64,000 bases of DNA, taken from contig NW_021833655.1 of NCBI RefSeq assembly GCF_006345805.1, positions 1-64,000 on the forward strand. Direction: 5' to 3'. This DNA is from Octopus sinensis. Taxonomy: Eukaryota. A model generated the notes under the pieces. It made no database searches, had not been told where the DNA came from, and was given only the letters and a program-made list of their open reading frames with translations. Every line of letters starts with the position of its first letter. Positions within the stretch are counted from its first letter, which is position 1. Of this stretch, positions 14,936 to 27,080 are shown one piece after another. The position numbers were made by a program, and so were the translations under genes.

Positions 14936-15060
14936 CAGCGCTACCCAAAGTGGTCGTCCACAGACTGGTACCAGTCTGCAAGCCATCAGCTGCCAGTACG
15001 CGGCGAGTTTCCAGAAAAAAAAGAAACATTATAAAATGCTTATAAAATGCTTATGTAATA
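14936..15060 (+). mobile_element. One end of a hAT-Charlie-like element
   Basis: cagcgctacccaaagtggtc...gactggtaccagtc resembles Charlie-type termini; second TIR not found. Confidence 0.4.
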
Positions 15061-15236
15061 TTGTACTATTTGTTTACAAGATAACTATAAGATGAAAAAA
15101 GTTGTCAACTTTTACTATATTCATTATATATATTGCTTCCAGTATAAATTAATATTACTAAGAAATATTACCAGTCCCTGGCACATTGGAAAAAAAAACT
15201 ACCAGTATGCCATATCAAATAGAGTGAGAAGCACTG

Positions 15237-15765
15237 ATTTAAGGGATATTTTGTTCATCAAAACAATCCATGCAGGTGTTTTTTTTATATGCTTCAAAAT
15301 TACACTAATAAAGCACACCTACATTGCAACCACTAAGTCTAACCCACCAGATGGATCAAAAATATATGAAAAATATATATGCAAAGACAAAAACATTTTG
15401 CTAGTGTTGTTGTTGCTGCTATTGTTTAGTCCTAGGTCAACCCTTATACAGTAGGCCTATTATTAAAGGCATGCCCAGCTACACTAACTAATATCTTTTT
15501 TCTGCTTAACATAATGTGGTGTGAATGTTATTTAAGGGATATTTTGTTAATATGAATAATCTATAAAAATATTTTCTTTATAAGCTTCAAAATTACACTA
15601 TTAAACTTCACCTTCATTATCACCACTAAGCCCCAACCACCAGATGAACCAAAAAATATATGAAAAAATAAAAGGAAAACCTCATCAAAATTTTACTAGT
15701 GTTGTTGTTAATGTTTGACCCAAGGTCAACCATGATCTAGTAGACCTATCATTAAAGGTATGCCC
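15237..15765 (+). repeat. Diverged tandem duplication, 293-bp period
   Basis: atttaagggatattttgtt at 15237 and 15530; colinear through taaaggc/tatgccc. Confidence 0.85.
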
Positions 15766-17064
15766 TCTCATAACTATCCTGTTCTATATAGGGTATCTCG
15801 ACCTGATGGGTTGATGATAGCGATGTGGGTGGTGGTGGTGGTGGTGGTGGGAGTGTTAATGAGGTTGCCACCACAGTGTAGGTGATAGTGGTAGTGACAA
15901 CGGTTGTGCTGTTGGTAGGATTCATGTGGTAGTGCTTGCAGTTGTATCAGTGATGAAGCTGCAACTAATAGTGGTAGTGTTGGTAGTAGTGCTAATGTGG
16001 TAGTGGTGGTTGAGGTGGTGATAGTAGTTGTAGGATTAATTGAAGCGATGGTAAAGGTATTTGTAGTTCTGCTGGTTGTGTCATTGTTGATAACAGTGAT
16101 GGTGAGGTGGTAGTGCTGACACTGTTGATGTAGTGGTATTGGTGGTAGTGGTGGAAATGGTGTTGATGTGATAGTAGTAGTTGTAGATCTAGTGGCTTAC
16201 ATTATTATTTCTCTTTTTAATCTTTTATCTCCAAATAATAACCTCCACACCACCATCATCACCACCACCACCACCACCACTGCCACCACCACCACTACCA
16301 CCCCACCACCACTACCACTGTAATTGCCACTGGTGGGTATTACTAGTACTACAACCTGTTAGTTCCACCACTACCACCATCATCACTGCTACTACAAGAA
16401 CCGGCAGCACCACTGTAATGATCACACCACACCCACTGTCAGTACTACTACTACCACCATCACCCACCATTCCCAGTACCTCTACCCTTACTATCATTAC
16501 CACAACAGCTACTACTACTCCATTGCAATCAATAACCGGCACCACCACAAACACATCACCTCTACTACTACTACTACACTACTACAACAACAACTACCAC
16601 AACCACCACCATCACAGCTATCACTACCACCACCACCACCACCATCAAGATGTTAGGAGAAATCCTTGCCCAGCCCCAGCCTGAACCCACCACAGACACA
16701 CCAGGTACTTTTACCCCTTCTGTCCTTATGTCACAAGTGTCATTCTGTTCCTAACAAAGGAACCTGTTCTTAAGTCCCAACCTCACACTCAGTACCACCC
16801 ACCACCCTCACATGCAGTCCACCCACACATTACATCCTACCCCTAACAGTATTAACAAGAAAAGAAACGGGGATAGTGTTACAACGGTGCTGGTAGAGGG
16901 GAGGTGACAGTGATAGCAGTGGTGATGGTGTTGGTGGTGGTTGTTTAGCCCCAAGCCCATCCTGGTTGAGATGACACAGGATCAACAGAGGCATGTAATC
17001 CTTCCTGTTTAACTGAGTAGGGCATATATAGATATACACACACATATCTCTCCTCTCTCTCACT

Positions 17065-17154
<90 letters not shown>

Positions 17155-17399
17155 TATATATATACTGGCCTGGTGCAGCCTTCGGGCTACCCAGACCCCA
17201 GTGAACCGTCAACCCATGCTAGCATGGAAACGGACGCTAAATGATGATGATGATGATGATGATGATATATAATATATATATATACATATATACATACATA
17301 TATACATACATATATTATATATATATATTACATATATATATATATATATATAATATATATATATAATATATATAATATATATATATATATATATAGAGA

Positions 17400-17585
17400 T
17401 TGACTGCTAGCTACTAAAGCTTTCTTTTTTATTCTCTCTCTGTCATTTTCTCATGTTCCTTTCTGTTGAAGAACGTAACCTCGAAACGTAAAAGATTTTC
17501 TCACCTTCCTGTGCGTTAAACTAATACACCTGTTTGTTGTTCATACACGTGTCCTTTGTCTTTTGTTTTTGTAAATTTCAACTAT
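17400..17585 (+). mobile_element. Penelope-like terminal-repeat remnant (copy 1 of family shared with 61.8-62.0 kb)
   Basis: Alignable by eye with the reverse complement of 61812-62000; preceded by (TA)n and followed by tata plus (TTA)n. Confidence 0.6.
17459..17494 (+). ncRNA. Degenerate hammerhead-like motif, A6U/extra-A variant
   Basis: cuuu-CUGUUGA-A-ga(acguaacc)uc-GAAA-CGU-A-aaag; ACGU palindromic stem III; stem II reduced to 2 bp. Same family as 61906-61941. Confidence 0.5.
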
Positions 17586-18114
17586 ATGATTTATTATTAT
17601 TATTATTACTAGTATTGTGTTATACATACATACATACAGCATAATAATAATAAGTGGATGTAAACACATGAACAAAATAAGAATAAACAAAAAAACAACA
17701 ACAAAAACAAATTCACATGAACGTAATAACAGAAATATACAAAAATATTACAGGCATCCCCCCCCCACACACACGCACTAAATAAACATAGACGCACATA
17801 GAGATATAAGCATACGCAAATGAAGACATACAATAGAAATAAAAATGGCTGACGGTTAGTAAGGAGAGACACAAATAAGAAAGAAGAAAACAAAGGACCA
17901 CTGATGCAGTCACAGGAGTGTGACGAAATAACTCTGTCCGAAATAAGATTAAGATTAATGTAAAAAATAAAGAACACTGAAGCAAAATAACATCAAATAT
18001 ATAGTGCGTGTGTTTTATTGGCTAAACTGGCAAAATGACCATTCCGAAATATAACAATATCTGTTTCAACACACGACTTCACATAAAAAAATCTTGCACA
18101 ACAAATATATAAAC

Positions 18115-18161
<47 letters not shown>

Positions 18162-18617
18162 TGACACATGTATATTTATACACACCACACCACACCCACA
18201 CACACACACACAATACATATATATATATAATAACACAAATAGGCTGAGATTCCCTACAGTTGTTTCAGACATGTTTTTAATTGATGAACAAATCAATTAT
18301 GTCATAATAAAAAACATTTTTTGGTGAATTAAAATTAAAATTAAAATCCAAAATTTAACATTTAGGATTTTTCACACAAAATGTATAGATGGAGGGGGTA
18401 TTATTAAACTAATAAAACACCAGCCAAATACTGGGGTCAATTTAGATAATGTCCAGCCCCTTATACTTCTGCAAAGTATAAGAAGTCTTTGTAATATCCC
18501 CTCAACAGAGGCAATAAAAGCACCTGTGACAAACAAAAAGGAAGCATCATCATCTCATCATCATTGTCATCATTGCTAACACGATTATCGTCATCATCAT
18601 TGACATCATTGTCATGG

Positions 18618-18662
<45 letters not shown>

Positions 18663-18779
18663 GGATTGTCATGATTGTCATAATCATAATGATGGTCATC
18701 AACAGAGTTGATGTAGTGATTGCTGTTATTGTCATTGTCTTTTGCCTACTCTTAATGGTTAAAGAAAGGAAACTATTAT

Positions 18780-19600
18780 TATTGTTGAATGAGAGAGCAG
18801 CGCATGCCATCAGAGTGACACTGCGGTATCAGTTTTCCTTGCTTCTGAAGCAGGTATTTCTTCTTTCTGTGGCTGGGCTTCAGTTATGGCTTTATTGATC
18901 ATTAGTTGATCTTTACAGCCATATGAGCCCTTGCAGCATCCCTTCTACTCTTCTGGAAACAGGTTGTTTTCTTTCAGATGCTTGCTCAATCTCTGCGATA
19001 TTATTGTAGTAAAGGCTTTGTAAATCGTAGGGAGACAGGTTATTGGTCTGTAGTTTTGTGGTTTTGCACTTTTAGTGGATTTGGGAATTAGGATACTTTT
19101 CCCTTTTGTGAGCCATTCAGGCATTGTCTCTGGCTCTGCTAGTATGTTGTTAAAGTTTTCAGCCAGCTTTTTGTGTATTCCTGTCAGATATTTTAACGAG
19201 AATTTGGGGATCTTGTTGTACCCAGGTGCCTTCCAGTTGCCTAGTCTTTGCAGTGCCTGGGTGACCTTTTCAGTTGCTATAGGGGTCCAGAGTTGTTCAA
19301 GTGCTAAGTTCGTTGATTTAGCAGTCCTTTTCTGAGGTTGTTCCTTCACCGACCATATTTCTTTCCAAAATTCTTCCACTTCTTCTGCTGTTGATGCTGC
19401 ATTGATGTCTGTTTTATTTTTGCCAAATTCTTGGTAGAATTTTTGGGGGTTGGAGTTGAACTGTTTGTTTTGGGGGTTGGCATTTCTCATACCGGCGGAT
19501 CCTTTGTGCTTTGGCTAGGATATCTTGCTTTAGCTTTTCTTTTACCTCAGGTAAACCTTTTTCTGTAATGTTGTATTTGCACAGTATTACAATAGCAAGC
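18780..19600 (-). mobile_element. Decayed non-LTR retrotransposon RT fragment, R4/Dong-like (RLE clade)
   Basis: ORF 18945-19490 has WKAPG, PEWLTKGKSILIPK and NYRPITCLPTIYK. It continues past a TAG (expected Gln) as KGCCKGSYGCKDQLMINKAI; the upstream frame gives KEKLKQDILAKAQRIRRYEK. Ends in an (AAT) run. Confidence 0.85.
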
Positions 19601-20270
19601 TGGAAGAACCATTAGCACACCAGGCAAGATGCTTAGTGGTATTTCTTCTGTCTAGAAGTCCTAAGTTCAAATTCTGCTAAGGTTATCTTTCATCCTTTCA
19701 AAGTTGATAAAACAAGTACCAGTTGAACACTGGGGTCAGTATAATTGACTAGTTCCCTCCCCACAAATTTTAGGCCTTGTGCTTTTAGTAGAAAAGATTA
19801 TTATTATTATTGCTGTTGTTGTTGTTGTTATTGTTATTGCGGTGAGCTGGCACAATCGTTAGCATGTCGGGCAAAATGCTTAGCGGCATTTTGTCCATTT
19901 TAACGTTCTGAGTTCAAATTCCACTGAGGTCGGCTTTGTCTTTCATCCTTTGGTGTCGATAAAAGAAGTACCAGTTGAACACTGGAGTTGATGTAATTGA
20001 CTAGCCCCTCCCCCCAAAATTTCAGACCTTGTACCTTTAGTAGAAAGGATAAGTTATTATTATTATTATTATTATTATTATTGTTATTATTATTATTATT
20101 ATTAAGGTGGTAACTTGGCAGAATCATTAGCATGCCAGGCAAAATGCTTAGCAGCATTTCATCTGTCTTCATGTTCTGAGTTCAAATTCCGCCAAGGTCA
20201 ACTTTGCCTTTCATACTTTCATGGGTGATAAAATAAGTACCAGTTGTGAACTGGGGTTGATGTAACCTTG
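19600..20270 (+). mobile_element. Three head-to-tail SINE family B copies separated by (TTA)n
   Basis: Copies at ~19600-19800, 19838-20052 and 20105-20270. Confidence 0.8.
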
Positions 20271-21119
20271 CCATAAAAAAAAACAAAAGAGAAAAACAAT
20301 TGCTGGCTTTGTGTCAAAACCTGAAACCATTATCATTATTCCACCTCCTAGTCATCGTTCCCCCACCCCCGCCAACCCACCTGCTTTTCTTTATCTCTTA
20401 AATCAGTTTCGCTTTTTGCTACATGTGTCTTATAATCAAGATGACTTCTGGCACACACCTTCATACACCCCGTCCACCCATACATGCCCTCCACACATGC
20501 TCACACACACACACACACACACACACCTCCTGGCATCCACCTTATCCAACCTGCAGATCTCTTTTTACTCAGTCAGTCTCCTCTTCCTTGTACTCCTTGC
20601 AAAACTCTCCACTTCTTGTCTCCTTCCCCCTCTTTCTCTCTCTTTCTTTCTCTCTCTCTCCCATTCTTTCTCTCTCTTCTGTTTCTCATTCTCTGTCTGT
20701 CAGCCTCTCTCTCTCTCTCTTTTCTCTCTGTCTTTCTCTCACTCTCTCTCTCTCCTCTTTTTCCCATTCTCTGTCTGTCAGCCTCTCTCCTTCTCTCTCT
20801 CTCTTTCATTCTATCTTTCTTTCTTTCACTCTCTTCTCGCTTCTTGAAGCAAAATCAATTTTCCAATAAAGCAAAAAATAAATAAATACACAAATAAAAT
20901 TAATAAACTCAAAAAGCTAAACAACAAAAAAATTATCATTTTAAGTTCATTTATTCATTCCTCCCCATTCGTCCCCTCCCGCACATGCCATACCATATTT
21001 CTGACCCACCCACACTTCTGCAGAATTGTATATTCATATAGTCAGAATTTCCTTATCACCCCTCAACTTTCTTCTGTAACTCCCTTAGATGTGTGAACAA
21101 ACATATGTGATTATTATTA

Positions 21120-21183
<64 letters not shown>

Positions 21184-23154
21184 GTTGTTGTTGTTGTTGT
21201 TATATATCAGGTAGTCTTTCTGCCTTTTTATTACTGTTTGGAGACTCTTAAAAAAGAATATAAAGGTTTATATATATATATGCACACACACACACACACA
21301 CACAGAGGATTTTAACTCTCCCGCCACATGTGTTTAGCTCAATCTCAATAACATGCGTATGCATGTGGGTATGTATGTGTGTATATATGTCTGTGTATTT
21401 ATATATATATAACATATATATATATGTATATATATATATATTATATATATATATATACATGTATATGTGTGATATATGTTTATATATAAATACATGTGTG
21501 TATGTGTATATATATATATAAATATGCACATATATGTATGTATAAAGTAATACGAGTCACAGATTTCCCATCAGGCTGTTTACTTTTTTGATGTTGTTAT
21601 CAAACCTTATATTCAGCTTTATCCTCACATACACATGACCCCATATATATATATAATATATATATATATGCATGTGTGTGTGTATTATGTATTATGTCTA
21701 TCTTTCTATATGTATATATATACATACATACATACATACACGCATACATACATACATACATACATACATACATACATACATACATACATACATACATACA
21801 TACATACATACATACATACGTACATCATCATCATCATCATCGTTTAGCGTCCGTTTTCCATGCTAGCATGGGTTGGACGGTTCTACTGGGGTCTGTGAAG
21901 CCAGAAGGCTTCATCAGGCCCAGTCAAATCTGGCAGTGTTTCTACGGCTGGATGCCCTTCCTAACGCCAACCACTCCGTGAGTGTAGTGGGTGCTTTTTA
22001 CGTGCCACCCGCACTGGTGCCAGACAGAGCTGGCAAACGGCCACGAACGGATGGTGCTTTTTATGTGCCACCGGCACGAGGGCCAGGCGGCATATATTAT
22101 ATATATATATGCATGTATGTATGTATATCAGATAAAAGGGGATTTATAGGTCTGAGCTGGGTCCTCAGCTAACCCTCCTGCAAATACCAGCTAACAGAAT
22201 GTACATAATTAAATTCATATGTACCTGCAAAAATGTGCATCAACAAAATTCCATCCAACCCATGCCAGCATGGAAAAATGGACCTTAAACCAAAAATGAC
22301 GATGATGATGGTGATGATTATGGTTTATATAAAAACTGTTCATGCATACAGGTATGTCCCCTGCATCCCTCTCCGGCTGAGCATTCTTAATCTTGCCGGC
22401 TCGAGGGTGCTGGTGCCATGGAAAAAGCTCCTGTACCATTGCCATGTAAATCCACCCATGCTGGTGCTACATAAAAGCACTCTGTACACTCTGCAGGGTG
22501 GTTGGCAATAGGAACGGCATCCGGCCGGAGGAACCATGTCAAAACAGACATGGGGCCTGGGAAACTCTTCAGCTGGTCAGTTCCTATAAAACTATCCAAC
22601 CCATACCAGCATGGAAAACGGATATGAAATGGTGATGATGATGATGATGATGATATATGAAACGATTCTTTTTTTTCTATTTGCCAACAACACTCTCACT
22701 ATATTTGTTTACTGACACAAACTGTTGCAGCAGTTTCCCTTTCTGTTTTCCTTTTTTTTTTTTTTTTTTTTGTGCCGACCCAGACCAAGTAGAGAGTGAA
22801 GTTCTGCTTTCTCCATTTACATACAACTTTCCAGTTTCATACACATGTTTAGTTAGATGTGATTCTATTTTGATCCAACACAGCTTCTCATTGTTCACTA
22901 CAGACAGTAAGATGTTCCTAACAACCTTTCAAAGCTGACATTTATACAAGTGCTTATTAGAATTATACAACAGCATAGATCAATAATTATCCAATTTCTT
23001 TTTACCTTATTTTTTTTTACCTATAACATTCATTTCATGTCTTAAGAGTTGGGACAGTAGATAGAGCATCTGCAGATAGAAATCCCTTGACCTGTTAGAA
23101 ACAGCAGCCAAATTCCCCTTTAACTTGCAATGTTACCAACTTTAACCTTTTTAT

Positions 23155-23673
23155 ACCTATTTCTTTACTACCCACAAGGAGCTAAACACAGAGAGGACAA
23201 ACAAGGACAGACAAACGGATTAAGTCGATTATATCGGCCCCAGTGCGTAACTGGTACTTAATTTATCGACCCACATGGGGTTAAATATAGAGGGGCAAAC
23301 AAGGACAGACAAAGGGAGTAAATCGATTACATCGACCCCCAGTGCGTTACTAGTACTTAATTTATCGACCCCGAAGGGATGAACAGTAAAGTCAACGTCA
23401 GTAGAATTTTAACTCAGAACGTAACAGCAGAAGAAATACCTATTTCTTTACTACCCACAAGGGGCTAAACACAGAGAGGACAAACAAGGACAGACAAACG
23501 GATTAAGTCGATTATATCGACCCCAGTGCGTAACTGGTACTTATTTAATCGACCCCGAAAGGATGAAAGGCAAAGTCGACCTCGGCGGGATTTGAACTCA
23601 GAACATAGTGGCAGACGAAATACCACAAAGCATTTCGCCCGGCACGCTAACGTTTCTGCCAGCTTGCTGCCTT
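23155..23673 (-). mobile_element. Composite SINE family B (one full plus two partial tandem units)
   Basis: Three ggggtcgat/aagtaccagt blocks; flanked by a 17-bp direct repeat tttaacctttttatacc. Confidence 0.85.
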
Positions 23674-23983
23674 CTTATACCAATTTTTAACCTTTTTATA
23701 CCAATCTACTCAAGCACACTCTCAGTTCCATGATGCAAATTCTTTGTTTTAAAGCAATCTAAATTAAAAAAACCTTCCATCAAAATTCCTTATTAATTTA
23801 CATTCTAATCACCAGCTTTAGAACTTTTTAAAATTGTCTTTACAGACTTTCTTTAGAAATTAGAGCCAGCACCAAAAGTTATGCCATTTTGTATGCATCA
23901 ATGTAAACGGTGCAATGAAAGACAAGGAAATAAGTAATGGGCGTAGATGCATATTTCAGTCACCCATTACCTATTTTGCTAAT

Positions 23984-24367
23984 GGAGGCGCAATGGCCCA
24001 GTGGTTAGGGCAGCGGACTCGCGGTTGTAGGATCGCGGTTTCAATTCCCAGAGTGTTTATTGTGAGTGTTTATTGAGCGAAAACACCTAAAGCTCCACGA
24101 GGCTCCGGCAGGGATGGTGGTGATCCCTGCTGTATCTTTCACCACAACTTTCTCTCACTCTTACTTCCTGTTTTTCTGTTGTACCTGTATTTCAAGGGCC
24201 GGCTCTGTCACTCTCTGTGTCACGCTGAATATCCCCGAGAACTACGTTAAGGGTGCACGTGTCTGTGGAGTGCTCAGCCACTTACACGTTAATTTCACGA
24301 GCAGGCTGTTCTGTTGATCGGATCAACCAGAACCCTCATCGTCGTAACTGACGGAGTGCTTCCATCC
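23984..24367 (+). mobile_element. Full-length tRNA-derived SINE (family E)
   Basis: A box tggcccagtgg, B box ggtttcaattccc; perfect 13-bp TSD acctattttgcta (23969-23981, 24368-24380). Confidence 0.9.
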
Positions 24368-24472
24368 ACCTATTTTGCTATCTTTGATCACATTGTTTAC
24401 ACAGATGTATTCGTATACAAAATATTGTAACTTTCAGTGCTGGCTCTAATTTCTATAGAAAATCTGTAAATG

Positions 24473-24838
24473 TGACTGTGTGGTAAGAAGCTTGTTTCCC
24501 AACCAGTCCCACTGCGTGGCACCTTGGGCAAGTGTCTTCTACTATAGCATTGAGCAGACCAAATCCATGTCAGTGATGAGGGTAGTGTGCCAAGTGATCA
24601 GAAAAAAGCAGCAGCATCTTATGTAAGATTTCATTGTGATGATAAACTACACCTAGCACCCTCCATCTACCCCCCACCACCGCCCCCTCAACCACCACTA
24701 TCAACTACCCAACCAACCAACCAAGTATACCCTCTCCACCCCCATTCTATTCCCTCCACCTCTTCCAGATTTATATCTAAAATGACATTCCGTCTTGGGA
24801 ATATTGGTAGATGGAAACTGAAAGAAGCTTGTTGCATA
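24473..24838 (+). mobile_element. SINE family A head interrupted by a 235-bp non-SINE insert
   Basis: SINE reads ...gaccaaatccatgtcagtg[insert]ttggtagatggaaactgaaagaagc. Confidence 0.8.
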
Positions 24839-25227
24839 TATATATATATAATATTATTACAAATTTGGGATTTTACCAATAGAACCGCAACTCCTGTTTC
24901 AGGATAACCTTATTGTATGGAATTCACATAGAAATTTACATCCAATAAAAATAATATAAGCAGCTAAAAAAACCTACTATGAAATACTATAAAATACAAA
25001 ATTGATGTATTTGGTTTTTACTTTCATTTCATGGTTGATCATTTTTTTCATCAATTCAATTTGTGATACCGGTGTGGGCATATGGTTAAGAAGTTTGCTT
25101 CCCAACCACATAGTTCAGGGTTCAGTCCCACTGTGTGGCACCTTGGGCAGGCTGATCAAAGTTTTGTGAGTGGATTTGGTAGAAGGTAACAAAAAGAAGC
25201 CCATTGTATATATAAATGTGACCGCGT

Positions 25228-25404
25228 GTGTACCATTGGCGATTTTTTTTCCTCCGTCTTCCCTTCTTTGGATCTTTCCTTTTCCTATGTTTCTGACGAA
25301 GAGCTCCACTTGAAACGTAAAACCCTCCTTCTTCTCTCCTTCCTGAGCGTCTAATTACTTATTTTGTTCCACGTCCTCGCGTTGTTGTGTTTTCATGTTT
25401 GGAT

Positions 25405-25409
<5 letters not shown>
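25228..25409 (+). mobile_element. Penelope-like terminal-repeat remnant
   Basis: Pyrimidine-rich lead-in, hammerhead motif, T-rich tail ending directly in a long (TA)n tract. Confidence 0.55.
25289..25323 (+). ncRNA. Minimal hammerhead motif, extra-A variant
   Basis: guuu-CUGACGA-A-gag(cucca)cuu-GAAA-CGU-A-aaac; 4-bp stem I, loopless ACGU stem III, GUA site. Confidence 0.65.
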
Positions 25410-25453
<44 letters not shown>

Positions 25454-25462
25454 GTGTGTGTC

Positions 25463-25494
<32 letters not shown>

Positions 25495-25574
25495 GATATA
25501 TATATATATACTATATATAATATACTATATTATGTATATATATATGTGTGTGTCTGGTGTGTATATATATATAG

Positions 25575-25613
<39 letters not shown>

Positions 25614-25643
25614 CCATATTATGTATATAGATATGTGTGTGTC

Positions 25644-25692
<49 letters not shown>

Positions 25693-25753
25693 TATGTATA
25701 TATATGTGTGTGTCTGGTGTGTAGTGTATATATATATATATTATATAATATAT

Positions 25754-25784
<31 letters not shown>

Positions 25785-25885
25785 GGTTTGTCTGTGTGTA
25801 TATATATATATATAATATATATATATATTATATAATATATATATATATATATATACATATATATGTATATATATATGTGTGTGTC

Positions 25886-25926
<41 letters not shown>

Positions 25927-26699
25927 TGTTGATATCTATGAGTGTGGTGTGTTTTTGTGCATGTGTTTGTCCTCCACCACTGCTTGATAGCTAGTGTTGG
26001 TTTGTTTATGTCCCTGTAACTTAGAGGTTTGGCAAAAGAGACAGATGGAATAAGTTCCAGGTTTAGAAAAATAACTCCTGAGGTTCATGTAACGGGGAGG
26101 GGGGAAAAAAACAACCTTCAAGGTTGTCCCCACCCCAAGTTATGTCTACCCCCTCCCCCCACTGCCACAATCCCTGCAATCCCTATATACACTCTTTATG
26201 CCTCAACCCCCCCCCACCACCACCATTACTCCTGATCACTCCTAATCTCTGCCATTTCTCTCTCTCTCTCCCACTCTCTCCCGAACTCTTTCTCTCATTT
26301 TCTCTGTCCTTCCCACCCCCAATCGCTTCCTTTGTGTTTGTCTTCACCTCTTCCTCCCACTCTTACCTTCTCCTATCTCTCTCTCTCTCTCTATCTCCCC
26401 TCCTCATTCTATTCTCTTCCCACTATTGTTATCTCTCCCAAACTATCTTTGTATCTCTCTTTACATGTCTGCCTCTCCCTTATACTCTCTCTCCCTTCCA
26501 TTCTGCTTTTTACCCATTACACCTCTCCCCTCTACTTGCATCTCTCCCACGCTATCTTTGTGCCTCTCTTTTTGTTTGTCTTCTGTCTGTTTCTCTCTCT
26601 TTCTCCCTCTCTCTCCTCCCTCTCCTTTCTCTTTGTCTCTATCACTCTGCCTCTCTCCTACTGTCTGTTTCTCTCTCTGTTTCACTCTCTGCTCCAATC

Positions 26700-26795
26700 A
26701 ACTACATCTCTCCCCACAACCCTTATCTCTCCTACTTTATCTTTGTATCTTCCTCTCTCATCTTCCCCCTTTCTCTTCCTCTCTCTCTCCTCCCT

Positions 26796-26834
<39 letters not shown>

Positions 26835-27080
26835 CTCTGCCTCACTGCCTCCCCCTTCCCCTTTCTTCCACCCCCACTTCTCCCCACTAACCTTATCTCT
26901 CCTACTTTATCCTTGTATCTTTCTCTCTCATCTTCCCTCTTTCTCTTCCTCTCTCTCTCCTCCCTTCTCTCTGTCTGTCTGTCTGTCTGTCTGTCTCATT
27001 CTCTCTCTCTCTCTGCCTCACTGCCTCCCCCTTCCCCTTTCTTCCACCCCCACTTCTCCCCACTAACCTTATCTCTCTAC
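26700..27080 (+). repeat. ~170-176-bp tandem repeat within a ~1-kb polypyrimidine tract
   Basis: ccttatctct at 26721, 26891 and 27067. Confidence 0.85.

Noticed and set aside
23984-24055. tRNA gene
   Set aside because: No acceptor-stem closure; it continues into a SINE body bounded by a TSD.
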